64,000 bases of DNA from an uncultured Microthrixaceae bacterium (lineage in GTDB: Bacteria; Actinomycetota; Acidimicrobiia; Acidimicrobiales; DATDAH01), in NCBI GenBank assembly GCA_964470715.1, contig CAYYDZ010000001.1, positions 3,960 through 67,959 on the forward strand. Reading direction: 5' to 3'. Below are positions 35,576 through 45,137 of this stretch, piece after piece; position 1 is the stretch's first letter, and every line of letters starts with the position of its first letter. Position numbers and translations under genes: made by a program. Under the pieces are notes generated by a model. The model had not been told where the DNA came from. It made no database searches and was given only the letters and a program-made list of their open reading frames with translations.

Positions 35576-36840
35576 CAGGAGGTGAGCGTCGGCTGGTCGT
35601 CGGCGTTGGTGGTGACCTCGGCGCCGTCGCGACCTGCGGCCCACTCGTCGAGGGCGTCGGCGATCTCGGCCGTGTCGGTGTCCGTGTCGCCCTCGAACGA
35701 GACCCGCAGGCAGGCCTCGTCACCGTCGCGCCAGGCGACGTACTGGTCGCCACCCCAGCCGACCGCGGCCCGGGCCGCCTGCGGCTGGTCGACCCCACCG
35801 TCGGTGAGCAACAGGAGCAGCAGGTACTGGCCGAAGGTGCCCTGGTCGAACGACTCGCCGTCGGCGGGCGGCTCGGCCACGTCCAGCGGCTCGTCGCCGG
35901 ACAGGTAGACGGACGGGTCGAGCACCTGCTCGCTCGACACCGGCGGGTTCTCGAAAGCCTGGTCCACCGCGGTCTCGCCGCCATGGCCGACGATGGCGTC
36001 GATCAGCGGCGGGCCGAACTCGTAGGGCGCACCGATCAGCGCGAGAAGGATCTGCGGGAATTCGCTGAAGTCGGTCGACCCGCCGATGGTGGCCTCTTCG
36101 TCGTCGTACTGCTGCTGTTCGTCGTCGCTGAAGGTGTCCTTGTAAGCCTCTTCGACCGTCGCGGCGTTGCCCTCGACCAGGGTCGAGAAGGCGAAGCTGG
36201 TCTCGTCGTCAGCCTCGTCGAGCTCGGGCCGGAACAGCTCGAAGTGCTGGTCGTCGAGGGCGTGGGTCAGCTCGTGGACGATGGTCGCTCTGGCGTAGGG
36301 CGTGGGCGAGCCGCCCCGAACGACCAACTCGTTGGTCTCGGGGTCGTAGAAGCCGACCACGCCGGCGCTGAGCACGCCTTTGAGCTGGTCGACCAGGTCG
36401 TCATCGCCTTCCAGGAAGCCGAGCGCCCGGAAGATGCGCTCGGTGTCGCGGATGTCGGCCTCGTCCTCGGCCTCGAAGTCGTCCAGGAGGCGCTGCTCGA
36501 ACTCGTCGTCCTCGGCCAGCTCGACGTCGACGGGATCGTCGAACTCGAGCCCCCGCTGCTCCTCCACGAAGGCGCTCAGGTCGGCCACGACGGACTCGAG
36601 GTCGTCGCTGTTCGGCTGGCCCGGCGCCGTCGATGAGGTGGTGCTCGCCGGCCCGGCGCCGGCGGTGGTCGTCGTCGTCGCGCTGGAGCCCCCGGTGTCG
36701 CGGGTGGCCAGCCAGGCCACACCCATGGCGACCGCCACGAAGAGCACCGCCACCGGCACGGCCACGAGGGGCGAGACACCGCGCTTGGGCGGGACCGGCG
36801 CCGGCGGGGGCCCGGGGGCGGGCCCCGTCACGTCGCTCAC
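35569..36840 (-). CDS. Membrane-anchored putative zinc metallopeptidase (HExxH)
   Basis: 423 aa. Pro-rich N-terminus, one TM (LVAVPVAVLFVAVAMGVAWL) and a Thr/Ser linker. Contains HELTHALDD and an acidic extracytoplasmic domain. Confidence 0.65.
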   Translation of the reverse strand: MSDVTGPAPGPPPAPVPPKRGVSPLVAVPVAVLFVAVAMGVAWLATRDTGGSSATTTTTAGAGPASTTSSTAPGQPNSDDLESVVADLSAFVEEQRGLEFDDPVDVELAEDDEFEQRLLDDFEAEDEADIRDTERIFRALGFLEGDDDLVDQLKGVLSAGVVGFYDPETNELVVRGGSPTPYARATIVHELTHALDDQHFELFRPELDEADDETSFAFSTLVEGNAATVEEAYKDTFSDDEQQQYDDEEATIGGSTDFSEFPQILLALIGAPYEFGPPLIDAIVGHGGETAVDQAFENPPVSSEQVLDPSVYLSGDEPLDVAEPPADGESFDQGTFGQYLLLLLLTDGGVDQPQAARAAVGWGGDQYVAWRDGDEACLRVSFEGDTDTDTAEIADALDEWAAGRDGAEVTTNADDQPTLTSCG

Positions 36841-36906
36841 CGCCCGAACGGTACCGGCTGGATCTTCGCCTCCGGAGGCGGCCCCGGGGCGGCGCCCTGC
36901 GGGCCC

Positions 36907-38424
36907 TCAGCCCGCGGCAGGCGTGGGCGCGACCGGTGTCCTCGGCGGCGGCGGCGTCGAGGTCGAGGTCGAGGTGGAGGTCGACGACGAGGGTGACAGG
37001 CCCAGCGCCGACTGCAGCTCGGCGAGGGCGGCCGCCATCGCGTTCAGCACCTCGGCGAGGTCGGCGATGACGTCCCGGCACGCGATGGCGCTCACGTGCA
37101 CCTGGTCGAGGTAGCTCCAGGCGGTGATGTTCAGCCCGATGTTCTCCAGCACCGGGCCGACCGAGTAGATCGACTCGAGGCGGGCGCCGGCGATGTAGAG
37201 CGGCTCGCGAGGGCCGGGCACGTTGGACACGACGACGTTGATGGGCGGCCGATGGCGGTCGGCGATGCGGAACCGGGAGTACTGGCGGGCGAGATAGGCG
37301 TAGGGCCGCGGCGGGGTGAACTCCACCCAGTCCGCCAGCATGTCCACCCCCAGCAGGTTGTGGACTTCCTTGGCCGCCTTGGTCACCTCGTGCACTGCGG
37401 CGAGGCGGGCCCGCGGGTCGTCGAGGTGGGTGGGCAGGGCGGTGAACAGGTTCGAGACCTTGTTGCCACCGAGGCGGTGCACGTCCTCGGGTCGATCGGT
37501 GGACACCGGGACGCCGGCCACGAGCGGCGCTTCGGGCAGCTCGTCTCGCGCGAGGAGATAGGAGCGGAGGGCACCGGCGACGAGCGTCAACAGGACGTCG
37601 TTCACCGTGGCGCCGGCCGCCGACTTCACCGCACGCAGGTCGTCGAGCGGGAGGGTCGTGGTGGCGAACGACCGGCGGGGGGTCAGCGCGGTGGAGAACG
37701 AGACGTTTGGTGTGTCGAGCATCGGCACGGGCGGGGACACGTCCGCCCGGCGGCGCCGGCGGACCACCGCCACCAGGCTCCGCAGGGTGCGGCCCACCAG
37801 CGCCGGGACCCGGGCCAGGCCGGCGATCCCCTCGACCACGGCCGCCCAGAGGAGCGCCCAGCGAGACGGAAGCGCCTCGCCCGTCCACCCCCGGCCGCCG
37901 TCGGGGTCGATCGGCGGCTCCGGCGGATCGGGCTCGAGGTCCATGACGTTGGCCAGCAGCTCGGCCGCGGCGACACCGTCGGCGAGGGAGTGGTGCAGCT
38001 TGGCCACGAAGCCGATGCGGCCGTCGGGCATCCCCTCCAGGACGACGATCTCCCACAACGGCCGGTCCCGCGGCAGGGGGACGGAGGCGATGGCGCCGAT
38101 GGCCCGGTCCATCTCCCGCCGCCCGGCCGGCGGATCGAGGACGACGCGGCGGATGTGGCGATCGATGTCGAAGTCGGGATCGTCGACCCAGACAGGGTGG
38201 TGGAGGCCGAGGGGCACCTCGACGACTCGGCGCCGGAACGGTGGCAGCAGGTGCAGGCGCTCGCCCAGCACCTCCCGGAATCGCTCGAAGGTGTAGCCGC
38301 CTGGCACGGTGGCCGGATCGATGATCGCGGCCTTGATGGTGTGCATGTGGATGGTGGGCGTCTCCATGTACAGAAAGCCCGCGTCCATGCCCGTCATGCG
38401 CTCCATCGAGACAGAGTGTGACAC
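36907..38424 (-). CDS. Wax ester synthase/diacylglycerol acyltransferase (WS/DGAT)
   Basis: 505 aa. Catalytic motif HHSLADGVAA (HHxxxDG). N-terminus MERMTGMDAGFLYMETP. The C-terminal tail is (ST)n-Pro-rich. Confidence 0.9.
   Translation of the reverse strand: MSHSVSMERMTGMDAGFLYMETPTIHMHTIKAAIIDPATVPGGYTFERFREVLGERLHLLPPFRRRVVEVPLGLHHPVWVDDPDFDIDRHIRRVVLDPPAGRREMDRAIGAIASVPLPRDRPLWEIVVLEGMPDGRIGFVAKLHHSLADGVAAAELLANVMDLEPDPPEPPIDPDGGRGWTGEALPSRWALLWAAVVEGIAGLARVPALVGRTLRSLVAVVRRRRRADVSPPVPMLDTPNVSFSTALTPRRSFATTTLPLDDLRAVKSAAGATVNDVLLTLVAGALRSYLLARDELPEAPLVAGVPVSTDRPEDVHRLGGNKVSNLFTALPTHLDDPRARLAAVHEVTKAAKEVHNLLGVDMLADWVEFTPPRPYAYLARQYSRFRIADRHRPPINVVVSNVPGPREPLYIAGARLESIYSVGPVLENIGLNITAWSYLDQVHVSAIACRDVIADLAEVLNAMAAALAELQSALGLSPSSSTSTSTSTSTPPPPRTPVAPTPAAG
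36954..36995 (-). repeat. 6-bp tandem repeat in the WS/DGAT C-terminal tail
   Basis: Units of (GGTCGA)-type are repeated about 5-6 times, encoding the STSTSTSTST tract. Confidence 0.6.
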
Positions 38425-38564
38425 CGGCCCGGCGCTGCGGGTAGGGCCGTGGGGCCGGCGTCGTCTGCCGGCGCGAACACCGCGACCGCCAGCCTGGGGT
38501 GCCGGTCCACCCCGACCGTCCCCGACGCGGCACTAGCGTCGACGGCGATGAAGGAGGTGGTCCG

Positions 38565-39359
38565 GTGAGAGGCATCGACGAGCGGGTGGTGGTCGTGACC
38601 GGGGCGGCGTCGGGCATCGGCCGCGCCACGGTGGAGCGCCTGGTCAACGAGGGAGCGCGGGTGGTCGGTGCCGACCTCGGGGCCTCCGAACCACCGGGTG
38701 AGGCGGGCGAGCAGTACGTCGACGTGCCCACCGACGTCACCGACGAACGTGCCGTGGACGACCTGTTCCGGGCCGCGGCCACGTCGTTCGGCCGCGTGGA
38801 CGGCGTGGTGAACGCGGCCGGGGTCGCCGGTGGTGGGCCGGTCCACCTGGTCGACGACGCCGAGTGGCAGCGAGTGATCGACATCAACCTGCGGGGCACG
38901 TTCCTGGTCGCCAAGTACGCCGCCGGCGCCATGCTGGGCCAGGCGCCGCGACCGGGCGGCGAGCGGGGCTCGATCGTCACCGTGTCGAGCGTCGAGGGAC
39001 TCGAGGGAACGGCCGGCGGCAGCGCCTACAACGCGTCCAAGGGCGGCGTGGTGCTGCTGACCAAGAACCTGGCCATCGACTACGGCCGCCAGGGCATCCG
39101 GGCCAACGCCGTATGCCCGGGCTTCATCGACACCCCGCTCTACCAGGCAGTCCTCGGCTCGCCCGGCATGGAGGCGGTGGCCGAGGCCACCATCGAGGAG
39201 CACAAGCTGCGCCGCCTCGGTCGCGCCGACGAGGTCGCCGCGCTGTGCACCTACCTGCTGTCCGACGATGCCTCGTTCGTCAGTGGCCAGGCCATCGCCG
39301 TCGACGGCGGCTACACGGCCGGCCGCGACCACGGGGTCACCGCCCTCATGGGGCTCTGA
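38565..39359 (+). CDS. SDR family oxidoreductase
   Basis: Lies within track ORF 38499..39359. GTG 38565 is preceded by GAAGGAGGTG. Contains TGAASGIG, NAAG and YNASK. Confidence 0.9.
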   Translation: MRGIDERVVVVTGAASGIGRATVERLVNEGARVVGADLGASEPPGEAGEQYVDVPTDVTDERAVDDLFRAAATSFGRVDGVVNAAGVAGGGPVHLVDDAEWQRVIDINLRGTFLVAKYAAGAMLGQAPRPGGERGSIVTVSSVEGLEGTAGGSAYNASKGGVVLLTKNLAIDYGRQGIRANAVCPGFIDTPLYQAVLGSPGMEAVAEATIEEHKLRRLGRADEVAALCTYLLSDDASFVSGQAIAVDGGYTAGRDHGVTALMGL

Positions 39360-39438
39360 GGCCCGGTCGCCCGGGAATGCCAGTGCACCGTCTCCCGTTG
39401 TTCCTTGCACACGCAAGTATCGAGAGGACGCAGCTGAC

Positions 39439-40155
39439 ATGAGCGCCACCCCCACCATCGAGGTCCGCCGGGCCGACACCCGTCCGCACACCCGCATCGA
39501 CTGGCTCGACAGCCGACACAGCTTCAGCTTCGGTCGCCACTACGACCCCACCAACGTGGGCCACGGCCTGCTGCTCGTGTCCAACGACGACCGGGTCCGG
39601 GCCGGCACCGGGTTCAACACCCACCCGCACCAGGACATGGAGATCATCACCTGGGTGCTCTCCGGCCGCCTCGAGCACAAGGACTCCGAAGGCAACCACG
39701 GCGAGATCTACCCCGGCCTCGCCCAGCGCATGAGCGCGGGCACGGGCATCTGGCACTCCGAGATGAACCCGTCGGCCGGCGAGGACGTGCACTTCGTGCA
39801 GATGTGGGTGCTGCCCGACACCGAGCGCATCGACCCCGGCTACGAGCAGCTGGACATCAACGGCGAGCTCGACAAGGGCGGGCTCCAGCCCATCGCCTCC
39901 GGCCAGGGTCATGACGCGGCGATCTCCATCCGCCAGCGCGACGCCGTCCTCTGGGGTGGGCGCCTCCGGGCCGGCGAGGTGGTGTCGGTGCCCGAGGGTC
40001 GCCACGTCCACCTGTTCGTGGCCGAAGGCTCGACCAGCTTGGAAGGCGCCGGCGAGCTCGCCGAGGGCGACGCCGTCCGCCTCACCGGCGCCGGCTCCCC
40101 CGCCCTCACCGCCGGCCCCGTCGGCGCCGAGGTCCTCATCTGGGTCACCGCCTGA
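39439..40155 (+). CDS. Pirin family protein
   Basis: Lies within track ORF 39268..40155. Start at ATG 39439. Contains SFSFGRHYDP....G.L.V.NDD.V..G.GF..HPHQDMEIITWVLSG.LEHKDS.GN. Confidence 0.9.
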   Translation: MSATPTIEVRRADTRPHTRIDWLDSRHSFSFGRHYDPTNVGHGLLLVSNDDRVRAGTGFNTHPHQDMEIITWVLSGRLEHKDSEGNHGEIYPGLAQRMSAGTGIWHSEMNPSAGEDVHFVQMWVLPDTERIDPGYEQLDINGELDKGGLQPIASGQGHDAAISIRQRDAVLWGGRLRAGEVVSVPEGRHVHLFVAEGSTSLEGAGELAEGDAVRLTGAGSPALTAGPVGAEVLIWVTA

Positions 40156-40180
40156 CCTCACCCGACCCAGTTGCGCCCTT

Positions 40181-40223
40181 CTCGACGCAATAACTCTCGT
40201 TCTGAGGGAGCTATTGCGTCGGG
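40181..40223 (+). terminator. R3 hairpin element, copy 2, 26 nt after the pirin stop and 28 nt before the cutA start
   Basis: CTCGACGCAATA-a-CTCTC-gttctga-GGGAG-c-TATTGCGTCGGG. The outer stem sequence is the same as copy 1. The inner stem sequence differs but is still self-complementary. Confidence 0.45.
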
Positions 40224-40250
40224 TTCGGGGCGACGCGGGAAGATCGGGGC

Positions 40251-40589
40251 ATGGACGACGAACGCGCCGAGCACGTCGTGGTGATGACCACCACGGACGA
40301 CACCGAGGAGGCGGCGGCGCTGGCCCGTGGGCTCGTCGAGGCCCGCCTGGCGGCGTGCGTGCAGGCGATGCCCATCGCATCGACCTACCGCTGGGAGGGC
40401 GCGGTCGAGACCGCAGACGAACGCCTCCTGCTGGTCAAGACCAGGGCCGACCAGGTCCCCGTGGTGAAGGCCTTCCTCGCCGAGCGCCACTCGTACGACA
40501 CCCCCGAGTGCGTCGTGGTACCAGTGATCGACGGCCTGCCCGCCTACCTCACCTGGCTCGACGACTCGGTGGGCCGCTCCAGCACGTAG
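40251..40589 (+). CDS. cutA: Divalent-cation tolerance protein CutA
   Basis: 112 aa. Contains LVEARLAACVQ...STYRWEG.VE...E..L..KT and HSYD.PE. Confidence 0.9.
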   Translation: MDDERAEHVVVMTTTDDTEEAAALARGLVEARLAACVQAMPIASTYRWEGAVETADERLLLVKTRADQVPVVKAFLAERHSYDTPECVVVPVIDGLPAYLTWLDDSVGRSST

Positions 40590-40760
40590 ACGACGGCGGG
40601 ACCGGCGTCGGCGGGGTCCTCGGCCTCGAGGTCGCCCTCCCACACACGCACGAAGCCAGGGCGCTCGAGCGCCCGCCACGACCGGCGGTTGGCAGGGTCG
40701 ACGTCGACGACGAGGGCACGGACCTCGGGGTAGCGCCGCCGGGTGTCGGCCGCGAAGGCT
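40544..40760 (-). pseudogene. Probable remnant of a GNAT acetyltransferase (C-terminal roughly 70 aa only)
   Basis: The tail of track ORF 40544..41686 reads ...RRYPEVRALVVDVDPANRRSWRALERPGFVRVWEGDLEAEDPADAGPAVVYVLERP, a GNAT-type C-terminus. There is no room for the N-terminal half because the DUF2252 gene ends at 40774. No canonical start is present, and it overlaps the cutA 3' end. Confidence 0.35.
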
Positions 40761-40773
40761 CCACGGCGGGTTC

Positions 40774-42141
<1,368 letters not shown>

Positions 42142-42157
42142 GAGGAGGTCCGCCGAG

Positions 42158-42243
42158 TGCCCGGGGCGGGGATCGAACCCGCACGGGGCCGGAGCCCCAG
42201 AGGGGTTTAAGCCCTCCGCGTTTGCCAGTTACGCCACCCGGGC
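42158..42243 (-). tRNA. tRNA-Leu (anticodon UAA), class II with long variable arm; CCA not encoded
   Basis: The reverse complement folds by hand as GCCCGGG-TG-GCGT-AACTGGCAA-ACGC-G-GAGGG-CTTAAAC-CCCTC-TGGGGCTCCGGCCCCGT-GCGGG-TTCGATC-CCCGC-CCCGGGC-A. Confidence 0.9.
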
Positions 42244-42273
42244 CGGGCCGCTCACGCTAGTGCGAGCCGACGT

Positions 42274-42594
42274 TCAGGCGGCTTGGAGGCCGCCGCCCTC
42301 GACCGCGGTCCACATGGCGGTGCGGCACTGGTCGGCCGACGGGCCCTGGAGGCGGTTGGCCACCACCACGCCCTCGACCATGTCGGCGAGGACCGCGACC
42401 CAGGGCCGCCCCCGCAGGCGCACGGAAACGGTGGCGCCGCCGTCGGCGCGACGGCGGATCGAGCGGTCGACCCCCACCAGGCGCGGCGGACTGCGGAAGG
42501 CCGGCACGTCCAGCCCTCGCAGGCGGGCGGCGTGCCCGAGACTGCGAGCGGCGGCGGCGAACCGCAACGAGGTGGCTTCCATCCCCGTCATCAT
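42274..42594 (-). CDS. Small hypothetical protein
   Basis: C-terminal part of track ORF 42274..43581. ATG starts at 42594, 42591 or 42582 (MMTGMEATSLRFAAAARSLGHAARLRGLDVPAFRSPPRLVGVDRSIRRR...). The rest of that track ORF is antisense to the better-supported nuclease gene. Confidence 0.45.
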   Translation of the reverse strand: MMTGMEATSLRFAAAARSLGHAARLRGLDVPAFRSPPRLVGVDRSIRRRADGGATVSVRLRGRPWVAVLADMVEGVVVANRLQGPSADQCRTAMWTAVEGGGLQAA

Positions 42595-42624
42595 CCCCAC
42601 CACCTCTGACAGGAATGCCGGCCG

Positions 42625-42630
42625 TACGAT
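42625..42630 (+). promoter_or_regulatory. -10-like TACGAT, 6 nt upstream of the nuclease GTG start (leaderless candidate)
   Basis: The sequence reads TACGATccgagcGTG, with no SD in between. Confidence 0.3.
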
Positions 42631-42636
42631 CCGAGC

Positions 42637-43572
42637 GTGCAGGACGTCGCCCTCAACCCCGCCCAGGCCGACCTGCTGGCCCAGCTCCGCAGCACCGACG
42701 AGGACGAGCGCACGTTCGACCCCGAGCTCCGCCGGGAGCTGCGGGCCGAGCTCGAGGCCCGCATCGACCCGTTCGTGGGCTCGTTGCCCAAGGTGCCGCT
42801 GTTCCTCAACAAGCACACGCTGAGCCAGGTCCACGGCTGCGAGGTGCGCTTCCTCGCCGAGGACGCGGAGCGGGGCTTCGCGTGGACGCCGGCGCTGGCT
42901 CGAGGCACGGTCGCCCACAAGGCCATCGAGCTGTCGATGAACTTGCCCGGCAGTCCGGCGCCGCTCGTGCTGGTGGACGACGCCATCGACCGCCTCCGCG
43001 ACAGCGACCGAAGCCTTGGCGAGTGGCTCCAGACCTGCTCCGAAGGCGATCGCGCCGAGCTGCGAGGAGAAGCCAACGACCAGGTGGCCAAGTTCCTCGA
43101 GTGCTGGCCGCCCCTCAAGCGCACCTGGCGCCCGGTGACCGAGAGCAAGGTGAGCGCCGACCTCTGCGGTGACGCCGTGCGCCTGTCCGGCAAGGTCGAC
43201 CTCTCCATCGGCGCCGCCCGGGGCAACGTGGCGGGCAAGGTGCTCATCGACCTCAAGACCGGCATGTTCTCGCCCGCCCACGTAGACGACCTGCGCTTCT
43301 ACGCCCTCGTCGAGACCCTCCGCCTCGGCACGCCGCCCCGTCGGGTCGCCACCCACTACCTCGACTCCGGTCGACTCCAGCCCGAGGACGTCACCGAGGA
43401 CGTGCTCTTCGCCGCCATCGACCGCACCGCCGAGGGCGTCGCCCGCCTCGTCGAGCTGCACCACGACGGCCGCGAACCCGTCGTCCGCACCGGCCCGGTC
43501 TGTCGCTGGTGTCCCGTCCTGCCCACCTGCGATCCCGGTCGGCGCCACCTCGCCGACGCCGACCGCGACTGA
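42637..43572 (+). CDS. PD-(D/E)XK nuclease with Cas4/AddB-type 4-Cys (Fe-S) cluster
   Basis: 311 aa with a GTG start. An N-terminal Cys (VHGCEV) plus C-terminal CRWCPVLPTC (CX2CX5C). Nuclease core is GKVDLSIG...LIDLKTG, followed by RFYALV. Confidence 0.75.
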   Translation: MQDVALNPAQADLLAQLRSTDEDERTFDPELRRELRAELEARIDPFVGSLPKVPLFLNKHTLSQVHGCEVRFLAEDAERGFAWTPALARGTVAHKAIELSMNLPGSPAPLVLVDDAIDRLRDSDRSLGEWLQTCSEGDRAELRGEANDQVAKFLECWPPLKRTWRPVTESKVSADLCGDAVRLSGKVDLSIGAARGNVAGKVLIDLKTGMFSPAHVDDLRFYALVETLRLGTPPRRVATHYLDSGRLQPEDVTEDVLFAAIDRTAEGVARLVELHHDGREPVVRTGPVCRWCPVLPTCDPGRRHLADADRD

Positions 43573-43756
43573 CAGCATCATCGCCGGCCTGCCGACCTGG
43601 CGTCACCCACGCCCGCCACGCGGGCGCGGATGACGCAGGAACGCCGGACCCGGGCGTCAGCGACGCCCGCACGCCAGACCCGGACGGCGCCGCGGAACGC
43701 GATGCCCGGCAGGAACGACGCCAGAACGGGCCTGGGGGGGGCGGGTGGTGCTGGGG

Positions 43757-45088
43757 TCAGCCGTCCATGAGGCGGAGGCGCCGGCTGGTGGCCAGCCAGG
43801 CCACCACGGCGAGGAAGGCGGCGCCGCTCAGGGTCACGGTGATGCGGGGGCCGATGACCTCGGTCAGCCAGCCCTGGATGAGGTTGCCGAGGGGGACGGT
43901 ACCGGTGAGGCCCATCAGGTACAGGGCGATGACCTTGCCCCGCATGTGCTCGTCCACGAGCAGCTGGAGGGTGGTGTTGAGCGTCGACGCCACCGCCAGG
44001 TAGCCGGCGCCGGCCACCAGCAGGGCCAGCACCCCCCACCAGTACGTGGGTGAGAGGGCGAACGCCATCAGTGAGGCGCCGTAGACCACGAGGGCGCCCG
44101 ACATCAGGCGGCTGCGCAGGAGACCGCTCCCCCACCCCGCCACCACCGGCGTCCCGAGGATCGCGCCCAGACCGAGGGCGGCGCCGAGCAGTCCGTAGAG
44201 GCCCCGTCCGACGCCGTAGACGTCGTCGGCGAACACCACGAGCAGGGTGAACACCGGGCTGCCGAAGAGGCCGAGGGCGATCACCACGGTGATGCAGGTG
44301 ACGATGCCGGGCTTGGTCTTCGTGTAGCGGATCGTGTTGCGGAACTCGGCGAGGATCCGAGGCTTGCCGAGCGCCCGCTCGACGATCACGGGCACCGAGA
44401 TCAGCACGAGCGCGCCGAGCACGGCCACGAACGAGACGGCATTGATGAGGAACGCCCACGTCACGCCGAGGGTGGCAAGAACGATGCCTCCGAGTGCCGG
44501 CCCGAAGGCCCGGGAGGCGTTGAACTGCGCCGAGTTCAACGTGACGGCGTTGAGCAGGTCCTCGCGAGGTACGAGCTCGCTGACGAAGGCCTGCCAGCTC
44601 GGGATGTTGAGGCCGGCGACGACACCCGAGAGGGCGACGATGCCGACGATCACCACCGCGTTGCGCACGCCGGCCGCCCACACCGCCGCCTCGGCGAGGG
44701 CCAGCAGCGCCATCATCGTCTGGGTCACGAGCAGCACCGACCGCCGGGGGAAGCGGTCCGCCACCACGCCGCCGACCGGCCCCATGAGCCAGGCCGGGAA
44801 GAGTTGGGCGAAGCCCGCCACCCCGAGCCAGCCGGCCGAGCCGGTCAGCTTGAACACCACGAAGGGGACGGTGACGTTCTGGACCCAGCTGCCGGTGTTC
44901 GACAGCACGGCACCCGTCCAGAACAGGGCGAAGTTGCGGTGGCGGAAGGCGCGGGCCGCATCGCGCAGGCCGCGCTTCTCGGGGGACCGGACCGGCTGCG
45001 CCGCATCGGCGTGTGCCTCCTCGGGCGCGACGACGTGGCCGGCGTCACCGTCGTCGGGCCCTGCCTCCCCCCTCGTGATCTCCGTCAC
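43757..45088 (-). CDS. MFS transporter (EntS/MFS_3-like)
   Basis: 443 aa with about 12 predicted TM helices. Contains FRHRNFALFWTGAVLSNTGSW and VADRFPRR. Confidence 0.9.
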   Translation of the reverse strand: MTEITRGEAGPDDGDAGHVVAPEEAHADAAQPVRSPEKRGLRDAARAFRHRNFALFWTGAVLSNTGSWVQNVTVPFVVFKLTGSAGWLGVAGFAQLFPAWLMGPVGGVVADRFPRRSVLLVTQTMMALLALAEAAVWAAGVRNAVVIVGIVALSGVVAGLNIPSWQAFVSELVPREDLLNAVTLNSAQFNASRAFGPALGGIVLATLGVTWAFLINAVSFVAVLGALVLISVPVIVERALGKPRILAEFRNTIRYTKTKPGIVTCITVVIALGLFGSPVFTLLVVFADDVYGVGRGLYGLLGAALGLGAILGTPVVAGWGSGLLRSRLMSGALVVYGASLMAFALSPTYWWGVLALLVAGAGYLAVASTLNTTLQLLVDEHMRGKVIALYLMGLTGTVPLGNLIQGWLTEVIGPRITVTLSGAAFLAVVAWLATSRRLRLMDG

Positions 45089-45137
45089 CGCCCCCTGTCT
45101 ACCGGCACCGCCCCCCGTCGCGTCCTACGCTCCGCGC

